64,000 nt of DNA from positions 558,001 through 622,000 of the forward strand of contig JAAOMT010000295.1 in NCBI GenBank assembly GCA_016748015.1. Direction: 5' to 3'. The DNA comes from Geosiphon pyriformis uo1 (Eukaryota; Fungi; Glomeromycota). Both the position numbers and the translations under genes were made by a program. The notes beneath the pieces are model-generated. The model made no database searches. It was not told where the DNA came from and saw only the letters and a program-made list of their open reading frames with translations. Position 1 is the first letter of the stretch. Each line of letters opens with the position of its first letter. Below, in pieces: positions 1 to 13,620 of this stretch.

Positions 1-212
1 TTTTTTTACTTTGGCCTATATAATATTGTATAATTTGTCTTTATTATGTAGATAATATTATAGTTTTTTTAATGCTCTGTTAAATGCTGTTTTAAATAGC
101 ATTTTTTTTTATTTAATTATAGATAAAAATTGTATATTAGCAAGTTGTATTATATATTTTTTTCTGTCTAATATATTAATTCAATTATACTTTTTTGACA
201 ATAGTTTTTTAT
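1..212 (-). pseudogene. Element J: highly decayed fragment of Gypsy pol (Cys-rich region between protease and dUTPase); outermost element
   Basis: Minus-strand translation (..TTC*YTIF..FKTAFNRALKKL*YYLHNKDKLYN..AK) matches the CQYTILI..A(W/Y)xxA..YPHD.. segment of B (34150-34300) and D (49600-49780). Confidence 0.6.
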
Positions 213-1201
213 TGTTACTAGAGATTTTTGTCTTTTTTTAAATGTTGTTAATATTGTTTTGCTATAAATTTGCTATTACTAAAAGCTGTTAAATCTCTAA
301 TAACTGAATTTATTTTCAAATTATCTTCTATAATTTAAATTGCTGGGTTTATAAGTAAAATAGCCAATTCTGTACCAGTTATTTATATAGTCATTTTATG
401 GTGAAAGTCAATTCTTTCTTAGGAATTGTTTATCTAAAAGCTTATTAAAATATGTAGTTATTTTGCTGTAAAAGTTAACTCTTTTTTAGAAATTATTTGT
501 CTAAAAACTCACTAAAATATGTAGTTACTTTGCTATAAAAGTCAACTTTTTTACAGAAATCTTATCTGTAAGATATTCTAATATATATAATAAAAAAAGT
601 AAAAGAAAAAAAAATTTTGTTAAAAAAATTGTTTGTTGTTCAGACCTGAAATCACTAACAGATTACTGAAATAATAGCTAATTAATTTCAAAATATTAGT
701 TAAATTTTGGAAAATACTAAGTACAAATAATTAATGAATTTGTTTTTAAAGTATTTATTTTATTAATAAGAGTAAAAGTATTTTTAAGATAAAATAAAAT
801 AATTTTGACTGAAATAAAATACATTTTCTTGAAGAAAAAAGCTTTTTTTTTATACAATTTATTATAGTATTAGTCTTTAACTTGTAATTTTTTTTTGCTA
901 TAATTTCAATGAATTTAAAAATATATTTTAGTGAACTACAAGTTGTTTTTATGAACTATAAATTATTTTGGAAATTTTACGAATTTTGGTGAATTCTTAA
1001 ATGTTACAAAATTTAGTATATTGCATAATCTAATTATTATAATTATGTATTATACAAATTGGATTATTAATTGAATAATAATATTTAATAGTTTGATTAT
1101 ATAATAAGTAAAATTGAAATAATAATAATATATATTAATTGATGATAGAAATTATAAGAATAATTTTATGTTAATTAATGACTAAAATTCTACTAGTAAC
1201 A
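213..1201 (-). repeat. 3' LTR of element I (same family as D)
   Basis: Termini tgttactag...ctagtaaca; reverse complement of D LTR 54668-55639; followed at 1202 onward by the reverse complement of D's polypurine tract (PPT) and ORF3 end. Confidence 0.85.
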
Positions 1202-1235
1202 TAATATTTTTTTTAAGACTAAGTTCTATTAAAGT

Positions 1236-1871
1236 TCAAGTACTATTTGTAATATTAAGATAATAATCCAAAATTATTGAATTAATTTGGTTTAAAAATT
1301 TTTGAAATTTCAGTTCTGTAAAATTGTTAATATATTAAATTTTTATTGGTTGAAGTATTGGATTTTGTAGAACGGTTTTGCAAATATTGAATAAGTTATA
1401 GAGTTTAAAAGCTGCTTTAAGTTTATAATAAACATTTATTAATCTAATTGTTGTTTTGAATTTGTTGTGAATTTGTTTTTATATAGCTTTAGAAGTAAGA
1501 TTGATTGCTTTATGTTCTAATTTTTGTTGATATAGTGTTTTTTCAATTTGAAAATATTAATAAATTGGAGTATATTTACTGTTTTTGTTAAAACATATTT
1601 GAAGTTTTTGTTGTATTATAGCATTTAAAGAAATACTAATAGAAGTAAACAATATATTTTTTTTAAAGTTTGTTTTAAAAGTTATAGTAAGTAATTTTTA
1701 AATAGCTTCTTATGTTTTTTTATAAAAATAGTAATTCTGAAAATTATTTATTATTAGGGCTGTAGTTTTTTTCTAAATATAATTAATTTGACTTTTATTA
1801 ATTATTATAGATAAATCAAAAAGTGTTTCAAAGTTAACATTAATTTTTGGAATATTTGTTGAATGTTTTAG
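1236..1871 (-). pseudogene. ORF3 remnant of element I (D family), cut near its start by insertion of H
   Basis: Reverse complement aligns with 53990-54633. Confidence 0.75.
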
Positions 1872-2349
1872 TGTTATAGATGATTATTTAGGGTGTTAAA
1901 ATAAATAACAAATCCATAAATTAATGCTCAATAGCTGTTAATAATGATAGTTTCTAAAGATTTTTGAGTATTTGAAGATTTTAATTAAGTTTTTTGTATA
2001 ATAAACAAAGATTCAATTAATGGTTTTTTTTGTGAATTTCTTTTTTCAGCATAATAATTGGTTTAATCTGGTAGTTATATCCTTCTAATAAGTTATTTTT
2101 TAAGTTTATTATCTTTGTTTTACAGATTTTTTACCAAGCTATCTTTAATGTCAATATTTTAGCACTTAATCTTTTAATTAATTAGTAAACAACAAAAAAA
2201 CAAAAATATAAAAATATAAAAAAATATAAAATTAGTATTTCATCAATATTTATAATTAAAAACTATTGTTTTAATATAGTTAAGTAATAGATATTATTAA
2301 CATAAATTGCCAATTGAATTAAAAAATAACAATGTTAATTTAATAATAT
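1872..2349 (-). repeat. H 3' LTR, left part (continues at 9938-10283)
   Basis: Starts tgttatagatgattattt like the C LTR at 20096; interrupted by A1. Confidence 0.8.
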
Positions 2350-3015
2350 TGTTATGGTTGAAACCTATACTTCTTATTAATTATTATATGTATTAGTTAT
2401 TGATGTTATATAATTAGCCACTCTATTTTTAGATAGTGATTATTAATCTGATTATTAATCTAGTCATTGACCTGATTATTGACTACTTTTAATAGCTATA
2501 TAAGCAATGAATCTCTTAACTATAGAAAAGTATAATAGAATCAAAAAAAGAAAAGAAATAAAATAACAACTTCATTTCAATTCTTTTCTTTTCACTAATT
2601 TTCCTTTTCTTACCTTCAAGTATCTGAACATTTTGGAATAAAAGATTACTTGTTGGTTATTTCCTACTTTTTTCTTGAAACATATAATTGTAGCATTTAA
2701 AGATTATTAAATAAAATATAACTAAAAAGTACATTTGATATCTGATATTGAATTCTAAAAGTGCTAATGTAAGACATAGAATTATACTAGTGTGTGATCA
2801 TTTGTTGACAGTATAAACTATCTCTCTACTTTCAGATTTTTTGGTTATTTTTTGAAAAGTATAATGACTGAAATATTTTATGAGACTAATTTTGCATATT
2901 AAATCCATATTTATTCAATTTGCTTTTTAAAGTTAAATTCTCTTTGATTTTTTTCATCACCCTACAATCTTGTTCTCTCTTGCTATTTGTTAGTTTGTTA
3001 CTCTAATCTATAACA
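2350..3015 (+). repeat. A1 5' LTR
   Basis: tgttatgg...ctataaca; direct repeat of 9196-9933; TATA-like gctatataagc near 2495. Confidence 0.92.
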
Positions 3016-3021
3016 TAAAAG

Positions 3022-3038
3022 TGGTGCTCTCTGTGAAG
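3022..3038 (+). promoter_or_regulatory. Primer binding site (PBS) of A1, TGGTGCTCTCTGTGA(G)G
   Basis: TGG start just after the LTR; same sequence follows the 5' LTRs of A2 and B. Confidence 0.85.
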
Positions 3039-3067
3039 TTGTCAAAATTCACTTTGTTTACTATTGT

Positions 3068-4621
3068 ATAAGTAATTATTTATACCTGTCACAACAATCA
3101 GAAGAACACTTTAAAGCATACAACAAAAACAATCTAGATTTTATTGAACTCAATCCTTTGCCTTTCTGCTTAATTTGCTTCCCCATTGAAGAACAATTCA
3201 GTAGACAATTTTAAGACTTTTGGAACTGGTTCCTAAATAAGCATTTAGCTAAAATCTATATAGCTTATATAATCTATTACTTTAATCAAGCTTATCTTGA
3301 AAACAACTTTAAAGAAAAAAACAACAGCATTAATCAACTTTTATATTCCACAGCCTTTGAACAACAGCCTTCTAATTTCGAATACTTGAATTACCAAATT
3401 TACATCTGAATTGCTGTCCATTAGCTAACTAAAACACCCTTTGAAACAGAAAAAAAAAGCTATCAAACCACTCCTGTTTTTGATTTTTTTTCAAACAAAT
3501 CAGAACATTCTATACAAACAGCTACTCCTAAACCAATGACTAATAACTCTATGCAACAAAACATTCTGATCACCTTTCAAGGCATACAAACTGCTTTAGG
3601 GCGAAGAAACAATACCCTATTACTATTATTTAGAGATGATACATAAGATTCAATTAAATAGTTAGATGATTTTAAAAAAACAGTCATTGCCAATTAATAT
3701 GATGCTGAGTATAAATTCTAAATTGTTGGTGGCTACTTTCAAGGCTCTCTTGCTACTTGGTTCTCACAAAAAACCAATGCTGGTGCTCACCAAAAAATTA
3801 TTAGATGGACACCAACAAATGCTGGAGAAGAAAACACCTCTTTTACAATTTGGTTTGAAACTAAATTTAGAACTCTTATCTTAATATCCAAATGGCACAT
3901 GAAATTAGAAAAAAGAACTCAAGATTCTGGTAAAGTTGTAACTGAATATGTCAAAGCAATCAAAAAATTAATTAAGCAGATAAACTCTGGAAAAAACTAG
4001 ACAGAAGAACAAAAAATTCATTCTTTTATAAAAAAATTAAGAACTGATTTTTTCTATGCTCTTTGGTCTCTTCTGGCTCTGAAAAACAATCTTACAATAG
4101 ATATGGCCATTGAACTTGTCCAGAGAATAGAAAACAATCAAAGAATGCATTTAGGATTCACACTTCTAGTTTTTGCTTTTGCTCTTGTTATAACTTCTGC
4201 TCCCCAAATAGCCACTACCTTTTTTGCTATCCAAACTCAAAATTTAAATGAACAGTTAATAGATAGACTCACAGCTAATTTTGCCCAGTTACTTAAACTC
4301 TTAGCCCAAGTAATTAGAAAGAATCAACAACTCCAAAGACTCAGATTTGAATTTTATTTTAATCAACCTCAGCAACCTCCTTATCAAAGACAACAAAATT
4401 ATGGTCCACCTGTGTGTTATTGCTGTGAATTAATTGAACATTTCTCCAGAGATTGCAACAATCTTCTTTTGCCTTTTTTAGCTTCCAAAAACAATGACAA
4501 TTAAAACAACAGAACCATCAACAATAATGTCCCCAATCAAAAACCCAATTATGTCAACATCAATTTCTTTGAAGAAGATCTCTTAGTTAAAGATATTGTT
4601 TATCAGTCTTTAAACTGGTAA
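3068..4621 (+). pseudogene. gag: A1 gag (capsid-like region, CCHC knuckle)
   Basis: ORF fragment 4103-4504 with CYCCELIEHFSRDC; colinear with A2 gag; many transition-derived stops; ATG decayed to ATA. Confidence 0.85.
4609..4615 (+). other. Putative -1 ribosomal frameshift heptamer T TTA AAC (A1)
   Basis: In phase with gag codons, 1 codon before the gag stop; the -1 frame continues into pol; conserved in A2. Confidence 0.75.
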
Positions 4622-7290
4622 GTGCACCTCCAAAGAGTAAGAGTACAAGCCAACCAGAAAAAAATCTCTTTTATGCTTTTAACTTAATTGATGATAACCA
4701 CAACATAGATAAACTAGCAATTAACCTTCTGAATCAACAAGAAAGAAGAAAAAAGCCAAGATTGATTTCGTTCTGAATCCAAATAAAGCATTTACATCAA
4801 CTGCTAAAAACAATGAACCACCAAAGCAAAAATTTTTAAGAATTTTTTAAAGTTAGAACCTTCAGAAATAGTACAAAAATCTGGTCCTTATTCTGTTGTC
4901 AAAGATCTTATGAAAACCCCAGCTTACATTACCTTTGGCCAGCTAATAATCCATCTGCAATTCAGAAAAAATCTTCATAAATCCTTGATTCCAAAAAAAA
5001 AGACAACAAAAACCAACAAGTGTTCTTACCAAATTGAACTTACTAACAACAGCAATATTACTCCTCTGATTTGCAAAGCCCAAGTGGCTGGCTACTTTAT
5101 TGATCTGATCCTAGACAGTAAATTATCTGTCAGTGTTATTGCCAAATATTTTCTTAAAGCAATTGGCAGAAAAATTAATGAACTCTCAACTAAACCAATG
5201 ACCAATGTATATGATGACAAAAAAAAGGGCTTGGTATAGCCAAAGCTGTTCCTGTTCGCATTAATAACATCAGTATTGAGATTAACATAGAAGTATTTGA
5301 AGCAAAAAAATATATCATAATTGTTGACAATAAGTGATTTAAGAAAGCCAAAGCACTACTTAACTATAAACTTTGTGAGCTAATCATCAGATGTGGTAAA
5401 AAACTTATTGTAGTTAAGTGCTGTTATTAGACAACTCCTCTAGTAACCAAGCAAAACCAAGAAAAAAAACAATCAGATGATGATAAGAGTAATGAAAAAG
5501 AAAATTAGAAAGAATAAGAAAAAACTGCTGAACTTGTCTATACTATTTTTACCAGCAACAACAAGCCACTGAATAATGTTAAAGCTAACAAAAAAGGAAT
5601 CATGGTAAATAACAAGCTGATTTACTGGCCCTACTATGATATTTTTAGAGGAATCTTTGATAGAAAACCTGACAAGAAAGCCAAATACAGCTATTGGTAA
5701 CATGGTTTTTGTGCCAAGTGCTAGTACAATAAATCTTTGTATTTTTCTAGTAATGAATGCAAATCCTGCCTAATCTATTACAAAGATTGGGAGCCAATTA
5801 GTTTAATATCCAGAGAAGAATTAAAAGAAGTACAGAAGTTCTTTGAAAATGAATTACTTGAAATTCAATCTCTAGTCATAGAACAAAAAAAACTTTCTTC
5901 TAAAGAAAAAAAAGTAGATATTGAAAATCTGTTGGCTAAAAATAGCCCAGTTATCTCAAAAGAAAGTGATACTCCTAGACAAACCCATGTAATACAACAC
6001 ACTATTACCACCAAAGAAACTCATCCAATTTATTTGAAGTCTTATTAATCCAATCGACACAATAATAAATTCATCAAGAAAGAGATAATCCAAATGAAAA
6101 ACCTTGGATTTATACAAAAAACCAAGAGTAAATAGGCTTTTTCAGTTGTAATAGTATTCAAAAAAAGTGGAACTTTATGCTTTTGTGTTGACTACTGCCA
6201 ATTAAATGCCATTACTATAAGAGATATATACTCACTTCCCAAAATTAATATAATGTTAGACAAATTCAATGATGCTGCTTTCTTCTTAACCATTGACTTA
6301 ACTGCTGAATTTTGACAAGTAAAAATGGATCCAGAAAGCAAAAAGAAAACTGCTTTTATTACCAAGTATAGCACCTATAAATTCACAATTATGCCTTTTG
6401 GTCTTACCAATGCCTCTCCCACCTTTCAATATTTAATGGACAAAGTATTTGAATTAATAAAAAAAAACTTTGTTCTGGTCTACTTGGACGACATAATAGT
6501 ATACTCAAAAATCTAGAATGAATATCTTGAACACTTACAAAAAATTTTTAATCTCCTTAGAAATACTGGTCTTAAGATAAATCCAATAAAATTTTTTTTT
6601 GAATAACAATTCACCCAGTTTCTTGGTCATCTTATTACAAAAAATAAAATCTTTCCTAATTCAGCTAAAGTTGAAAAAGTTCAAAACATTAGACAATTAA
6701 TAAATGTTCTTAAACTATGCTTTTTTTTTGGTTTGGCTTTTTACTATCACAAATTTATCAAGGATTTCTCCAAAATTGCCTTTTCTCTCAATCAGCTACT
6801 CAAAAAAAATGTCAGTTATCACTGAAGCACTTATTAACAAAAAGCTTTTGAAACTCTGAAAGAAAAACTTGTTACTAAACCTATCTTTAAACAACTTGAT
6901 CTGAATTAACTTTTTATCCTGCACACTGATGCATTTGGCTATAGACTTGGTGCTGTCCTTTTACAAAAAGATGAAAATAGTAGAGAACATGCTATAATAT
7001 ATGCCAGTAGAACCTTTACACCAACAGAAAAAAACTATTTAGTTACTAAACAAGAATGCTTAGCAGTAGTTTGGACTACTAGTTACTGAGATCAATAACT
7101 TTTTGGTGTGAAATTCTTAGTGGTAACAGATTATTAAGCTTTGGTTTGGCTGCACAATAAAAAAAAGCTGAAACACAAACAAATAACTCACTGGATACTC
7201 CACTTAAATGAATTTAACTATAATATTTAACACCACAAAAGAGCAAATTATCAAAACACTAATGCTCTCTTTAGACTTACTATCTAATAA
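4609..7290 (+). pseudogene. pol: A1 pol: aspartic protease, RT, RNase H (no integrase)
   Basis: LILDS protease motif (ORF 4910-5239), MPFGL and VYLDD RT motifs (ORF 6325-6516), HTDA RNase H motif near 6925; ends NALFRLTI**. Confidence 0.88.
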
Positions 7291-7355
7291 CAGTACAAGC
7301 TTCTCAAACCAACCCATTTTAATTATTAGTAACTTCACTTTTGACAAACACAATA

Positions 7356-8664
7356 ATGGACTTGGACAACTACTCTGCCTTAATAGAATTTTTAGATAAA
7401 AGACAATACCCACCAGAATACACTTGACAGCAAAAAAAACATTTGTGCAAACAATTAAATTTTTATTTGATTTGCTAAAACCAATTATATAAAAGAAACA
7501 GAAAAGATTTTGACTGCCCCCAAAGAGTCATTAGATTTGAAAAAGAAGAAATTGTAATATACAATATACATACTGATCTATTAGCTAGACATTTTAGAAA
7601 AACAAAAACAATTCAGAAAACTTTAGCTTGCTATTATTGGTCTATATTGGAAAAGAACATTGTTGAATACATCAAAATCTGTAACATTTGTCAAAAAAAA
7701 AACAAACCCAATTGTAAAGAAGATATCCATCCAATCTCTGTTGGTCAACCATTTGACAAAATTAATATAAATGTTGTTGGGACTTTAACAATAACTCCTG
7801 ATGGCAACAGATATATTATCACAGCTACTGACTATTTTACAAAATGAGTAGAAACAAAAGCCATTCCAGATTAAACAGCAGTCTCAATAGCCAATTTCAT
7901 TTATGAAGATATTATTTGCTGTTATGGCTGCCTCAAAAAACTTTTATCTAATAAAGAAAGAGCTTTTTTTAGTACACTGGTTAAAAAACTTTGTAGAAAA
8001 ATGGAAATACATCATAAACTTTCTTCTTATCACTCTTAAACAAATAACTTAGTAAAACATTTCAATAGAACACTATATAAAACCCTAGCCAAACTAGTGA
8101 AAAAACAAACTTATAAGACAAAGTATTGCTTTCAGCTTTGTTTGCTTATAGAACTGTAAATCATGACATAACAAGTTATAAATCTTTTTATCTGCTCTAT
8201 AGATGCATGGCAACACTACCAATAGAAACTAACATTAAAACAATACTCTTTGAAGAAATCACAATAGAAAATTATAAAGACATTTTACAAAAAAAACTTG
8301 ATACTATTCTTAACTCATTGGTAAAAGCACGAATAATTGTCTTTAAAAAGATAAAACAGTTCCAAAAAAAGCTTAAGAAAAAGAAAACTTAAAAAACACT
8401 TTTCTTAAGTATTGGTGACTTAGTACTAAAATACTATTCAGACAGAAACAATGTCTATGGTAATAAATTCTCTAACCAATGGAAAAAACTCTTTTTAATC
8501 AACAAAGTTTTGAACAATGATTCTTATATTCTTCAAGATTAATCTGAAACAATTTTTAATGATCATCTTATTCATAGTATATAACTTAAAAAATATCATA
8601 ATAACCTAATTGGTTGCCTGTTGTGGTAATATTGACTCAAATAATCAGCAAAATTCAAGTATAA
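7356..8664 (+). pseudogene. A1 stand-alone DDE integrase ORF
   Basis: ATG at 7356 (MDLDNY), CNIC zinc motif, TDYFTK core, ALFAYRT; colinear with A2 IN. Confidence 0.85.
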
Positions 8665-8705
8665 ATAAATACATCATTCCTAAAACAGAGATATCTTCAA
8701 TTGAC

Positions 8706-9226
8706 ATGAACAATTATTTTTTGGATCAAAACATTCAAAATGTCTTTTATATTTATTATAAGTATTGGATCAAAAACTATCCAAATGCTACTTTAATTAT
8801 TGGAAAACAAACCATCATAACTGATAACAGTAGAATATATATTGTTATTAGACCAAAGAAAACCACTACCAGAAAAAAAAAAATTGGTAGCAAAATGAAT
8901 AAATATCTGTTAAAAAGTATAACAATAGCTATACTCTTACCTTCTAGCACAATTGGAAAAACAATTCAAGAAATCTTGTCTATAAACAAAAACTTGTCAT
9001 ATGAAAGGCAATTAAAACTCTAATACAAAGATTTGGTCTCTTGAATACAAAACTTATTTTGCCTTAAGTATTAGATACTCTATTCACAAAAAACTTCAAC
9101 AAAATAGTTAGTTTTGAGTTAGATAAAACTCTTCAAATAGATTATACTATGAATAACTTGATTTTACTGGAGCTCAATCTCTTTGAAAAGAATGATATTA
9201 TGGTTGAAATCTATACTTCTTATTAA
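8706..9226 (+). pseudogene. A1 ORF3 (unknown function), with internal 136-bp deletion
   Basis: MNNYFLDQN..; matches A2 ORF 22860-23612; runs through the PPT into the 3' LTR. Confidence 0.75.
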
Positions 9227-9933
9227 TTATCACATATATTAGCCATTAGTGTCATATAATTAGCCACTCTATTTTTAGATAGTAATTATTAACCTAATTA
9301 ATGACCTAACCATTAACCTGATCATTGACCTAATTATTGACCTAATCAATGACCTGATCATTGACTTAATCATTGACCTAGTTGTTAACCTGATTATTGA
9401 CCACTTTTAATAGCTATATAAACAATAAATCTCTTAACTATAGAAAAGTATGAAAGAATCAAAGAAAGAAAAGAAATAAAATAACAACTTCATCTTAATT
9501 CTTCTTTTCTTATTAATTTCCCTTTCCTTACCTTTAAGTATTTGAATATCTTGGAATAAAAGATTACTTGTTGGTTATTTTCTATCTTTTTTCTGAAATG
9601 TATAATTGTAGCATTTAAAGATTATTGAATAAAACATGATTGAAGAGTACATCTAATATCTGATATTGAATTCTAAGAGTGCCAATGTGAAACATAGAAT
9701 TATACCAGTGTGTGATCATTTGTTGACAGTATAGACTATTCCTCTACTTTCAAATTCTTTAGTTATTTTTTGAAAAGTATAGCAACTGAAATATTTTATG
9801 AGACTGTTTTTGCATATTGAATCCATATTCATTCAATTTGCTCTTTAAAGTTGAATTCTCTTTGATTTCTTTTATTATCCTACAATTTTGTTCTCTTTTG
9901 CTATCCATTAACTTGTTACTCCAAATCATAATA
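9196..9933 (+). repeat. A1 3' LTR
   Basis: Direct repeat of 2350-3015, preceded by a purine tract (ancestral ggagaggatga, as in A2). Confidence 0.92.
9283..9402 (+). repeat. 12-bp tandem repeat (TRATYATTGACC x10) in U3 of family A LTR
   Basis: Units counted by eye; 4, 2 and 6 units in the other three A LTRs. Confidence 0.85.
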
Positions 9934-9937
9934 ATAT

Positions 9938-10283
9938 AAATAACATAAATTGGATAATAAATGATGATTTTATTTGATATTTGGATGATTCTACTTTAAA
10001 GTATAGAAAACTAACTTTTAAAGAAAGATGTATTTTATTACTTGTTAGTTAGAACTTGTCTAAATTTAATTAACTATTTTTTTTGTTTTTGATACTATTA
10101 CTATATACACATATTTCTTGTTATACAAAATTTTTTGAAATTTTTTAATTCTTCAAAAAAAATTTTGAAATTTTGGAATCCTATAATTTCTTGAGAAGAA
10201 TTTTGAAATTTTTTTTTTACTATGTTAATTTTTTATTGGTTATTTTTCTATTTATTATGATTTTTATTTTTCTATAAATAATA
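9938..10283 (-). repeat. H 3' LTR, right part
   Basis: Contains the gaatt/gaatcc repeats and the decayed ctatgagtaaca terminus seen in B/C LTRs, followed by a PPT. Confidence 0.75.
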
Positions 10284-10786
10284 TTATTTTCTCTTTTTAA
10301 TATTAAGCTCTATCAAAATTTTCTAAATTTTCATTTTAAATTAGTTCCATTACTTTTTTTTTTAGAATTACTTGGACAATTCTGATTTGTAATTTTTCGA
10401 ATTGGGTATTAATAATCTTTCTTAATTGATTAATGGTTACTATATTTATTGTTGAATATAACAGTATTTCTGGATAGTTTTAAAATCTTAATTGTAATTA
10501 GTATATTGTTTATACCTGTATAAATAAATTGTTCTTTTTCACAAATTGTTTTATTTGTTGTAATATTGTCATGTTAAATATTCACTTTATTTTATCTATA
10601 TACAAGTTTTAAATATTAAAATTTTGTTTCAAGTAATAATAACAAAAGTTTCTAAAAAATTGTTGTATCTATTATTTCTAATTTTTTTTAGTTAGTTTAC
10701 TATATAATACTATTATTATTAGTATTTTTAAAAACATTTTTATTTTTGCTACTATATTATTTACTATGTTTTTAGGTCTTATATGT

Positions 10787-11517
10787 TATTACAGATAATT
10801 AATTGAGATCTCAAATCAAATAACAAATCCATAACTTGGTGCTTAATAGTCAATACAATTGGTATTTATCTGAAGATTTTGGTTAAGTTTTTTGTATAAT
10901 AAACAAAAATTCAAGTATTGTTTTATTTATTGCTTTCTGGAATTGCAATTCTGTTAAATTTTTTTCTCAGCATAATGGCTGGTAATCCTCCTGATAAGCT
11001 ATCCTTAATCCTTGAGTGTTCTATCCTTATTCCTGAGTCTTTTACCAGTTACTTTAACATCAATAACTTTACATGTTAATTTTTAATCAGTTAATAAATA
11101 CAACAAAAAAAAAGAAAAAAAAGAAAAGAAAGAAAAAAATAAGCCAAGGCAAGAAAAGTTAGTATCTTATTAATAGTCATAATCAAGAGCTATTGTTCCA
11201 GTATAATTAAGTATTAGATACTATCAACATAAAGTATTGATAGTAGAAAGAGTGATTTAGACAGTGAATAATTATTTTATTAATATTAATAATTCTAACT
11301 AAGATGTTTTAATGAGGTAATCTTAGTATTGATTCTGTTCTTTCTGCTTCTAATACTCTTGCTATATATATATAATTTGGGTTCTACAAAATTGCTTACA
11401 TTCTCAAATGATATGCTATAATTTCTCAAACAATGTGCTTATGTGTTAGCTACTATTTTCTTATTGGTCTATCTGTTTTTTCTACTATTTTTTTGTATGC
11501 TTTTTCTATGAGTAACA
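10787..11517 (-). repeat. G 3' LTR
   Basis: t(g>a)ttacag...gagtaaca, followed by the PPT complement ttatctcctcttttt. Confidence 0.88.
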
Positions 11518-11530
11518 TTATCTCCTCTTT

Positions 11531-12162
11531 TTAATATTAAGCTCTATTAAAATTTTTATTTTGAATTAAGTCTATGACTTCTCTCTCTAATATTGTTTGT
11601 TTAATTCTGCTTCTTATATCTTTGATTTGCAAGTTGTTTATTCTTTTTCACTGGTTAATGATTATTGTTTCCATGTTAGTGTAGCAATGTTTTTAGGTAG
11701 TTTTAAAATATTATATATAGTTAATAGATTGTTCTAATGTGTAGTATCAGATTTGTTTTCTTTTCAATAATGTCTTTAATATTCTATATTATCTCTTGAT
11801 TAAATATTCTCTTGGTTTTATCAAGATATAATTTTTGAATATCCAACTTTTGCTTTAACTAATAGTAGCAGTATGGTATTGGAAGTTATTCTATTCACTG
11901 TTTCTAATTTTTTTTTAAAAATTTTTCTGTTGGAATCATGATGGGTATTTTTCCAAATGTGTTCTTCACTTTTTTTACTATTTTATCTGGTCAGTTTTTG
12001 GGTTGGTTTTGTAGTTTCTGGTATGGTGTACTTTTTTTTTTGTTTGGTGTTTTGATAGTAGATTGTTTGGTAGTTAATGGTAATTTTTATGTCTAATTGT
12101 TGTTGATTTAAGACCTGAAATAATTGTTGAGCTAAGGTGTAAATATGGTCTGGTATTTTCAT
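11531..12162 (-). pseudogene. G ORF3
   Basis: Starts MKIPDHIY, homologous to MEITDNIY of B/C ORF3; ends at the PPT. Confidence 0.7.
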
Positions 12163-12217
12163 TTTTTTTGTTTCTTTTTGTCACATATACTATGTTTTTA
12201 TATACTCTTTTGGTCAA

Positions 12218-13590
12218 TCAATTTGATGGATTTGAATCAATAATTATAATTGGTTTAAGATTTTATAGAATCTTATCTAGTTGGATTAGTATTTGTTGTA
12301 TTCCTAGTTATAGAATATTACTGGTAGATAATAATACTATATTGTGATATAGTTTTAGTTGATCACCATGTGCTGCTTTGGTTAAGATTTTGTTGTCCCA
12401 TCTTAATTTATAAGCTCTATTTTTCAGAATTTTTTCTATGTGAAATAGTCTATTTTATTTGAAATTAAATTTTCCATTCTATTGTTTTCTACTTTGGTAT
12501 AATGTAAAAATACTTTGTCTCTAATCTTGAATTCTACTAGTTTATCTGGTAACTAGTTATCATGTCGTTTTTTTTTGTTTTTCTTGTGATTTCTAAATGT
12601 TATCAACTGCTTTTCATCTTTTGTTTTCCAATGTTTTTATTAAGTTGTATATTCTTTTTAGCAATGTTTTTTGAAAATTGGCTTCTGTTATTGGTTTAGT
12701 TAGATATATATTGACTTTTATCTCAACTGGTAAAATTGTTGTTCTATTATAAACAAGTTCAAATGGTGTTACTTGTGTGATATCTTGTTTTATTGTCTGA
12801 TAAGCAAATAATACTGATGATATAAACAAATCTTATTCATTCTGGTTTTTTTGACTGATTTTGGCAATTGCTTCACACAATATTCTGTTGAATCTTTTAA
12901 CTAAACCATTGGTTTGTGGATAATATGGTGATAATAATGGTCTTTTGATTCCAAATCTTTGGCTTAATTTTGCTAATATTCTGTTTACAAAGTGAGTTCC
13001 TTGATTTGATAATAATTTTTTTAGACATCTATGTTAATAAATCAAATCTTGGTGAACAAATTTGACTATGGATTCTGTATCTGCTCTTTGAATTGCTTTT
13101 GTCTCTGGCCATTTGGTAAGATAATCCATGGCTATTGCTATATAATAATTGCCTCTGCTGATTATTGTTAATAGTCTGACTAAGTCAATTTTAATTCTAT
13201 TAAATAGTTGTCTTACTTTAATTGGTTTTAATGGTTTGCTGAATCTTGTTCCTTCTCTTTTTTGACAAACATCACAATTTTAAACATATTGAATAATGTC
13301 TAAATACATTAATGGCCAATAATATCTTTTTTTGGTTTTTTTTATGGTTGCTTCTTTATGAAAATGTCCTGCTGTTGAATCTGAATGCATGTTGTATAGT
13401 ATTGTTTCTTTTTCTGTTTCTGTGATTACTTTGAGTGATTGATCTGAATTCTTTCTGTTTTTCTGATATAATATATTTTAGTAAGTAATAAAATATTTTG
13501 ATTGTTGTTTTATTTCTTTTGAGATAATTTCTCCTTGAACTGCTAAGTATTAATATAGTATTGAAGTTGTTAATATTTTTGTGTATTCAT
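12218..13590 (-). pseudogene. G stand-alone integrase ORF
   Basis: ATG at 13590 (MNTQK), DYLTKWPE, YHPQTNG, VLFAYQT (ORF 12614-12829). Confidence 0.85.
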
Positions 13591-13620
13591 CTTTTGTTAT
13601 ATTTTTGGGTTAAATTGTTC

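Larger units (their letters stand above)
2350..9933 (+). mobile_element. Element A1: full-length decayed Ty3/Gypsy LTR retrotransposon, family A
   Basis: Two LTRs, PBS, gag, PR-RT-RH, IN, ORF3, PPT; TSD ATAT at 2346-2349 and 9934-9937. Confidence 0.93.

Noticed and set aside
9283-9402. Possible CRISPR-like or iteron array
   Set aside because: Contiguous 12-bp units with no spacers, inside an LTR, in a eukaryotic TE context.
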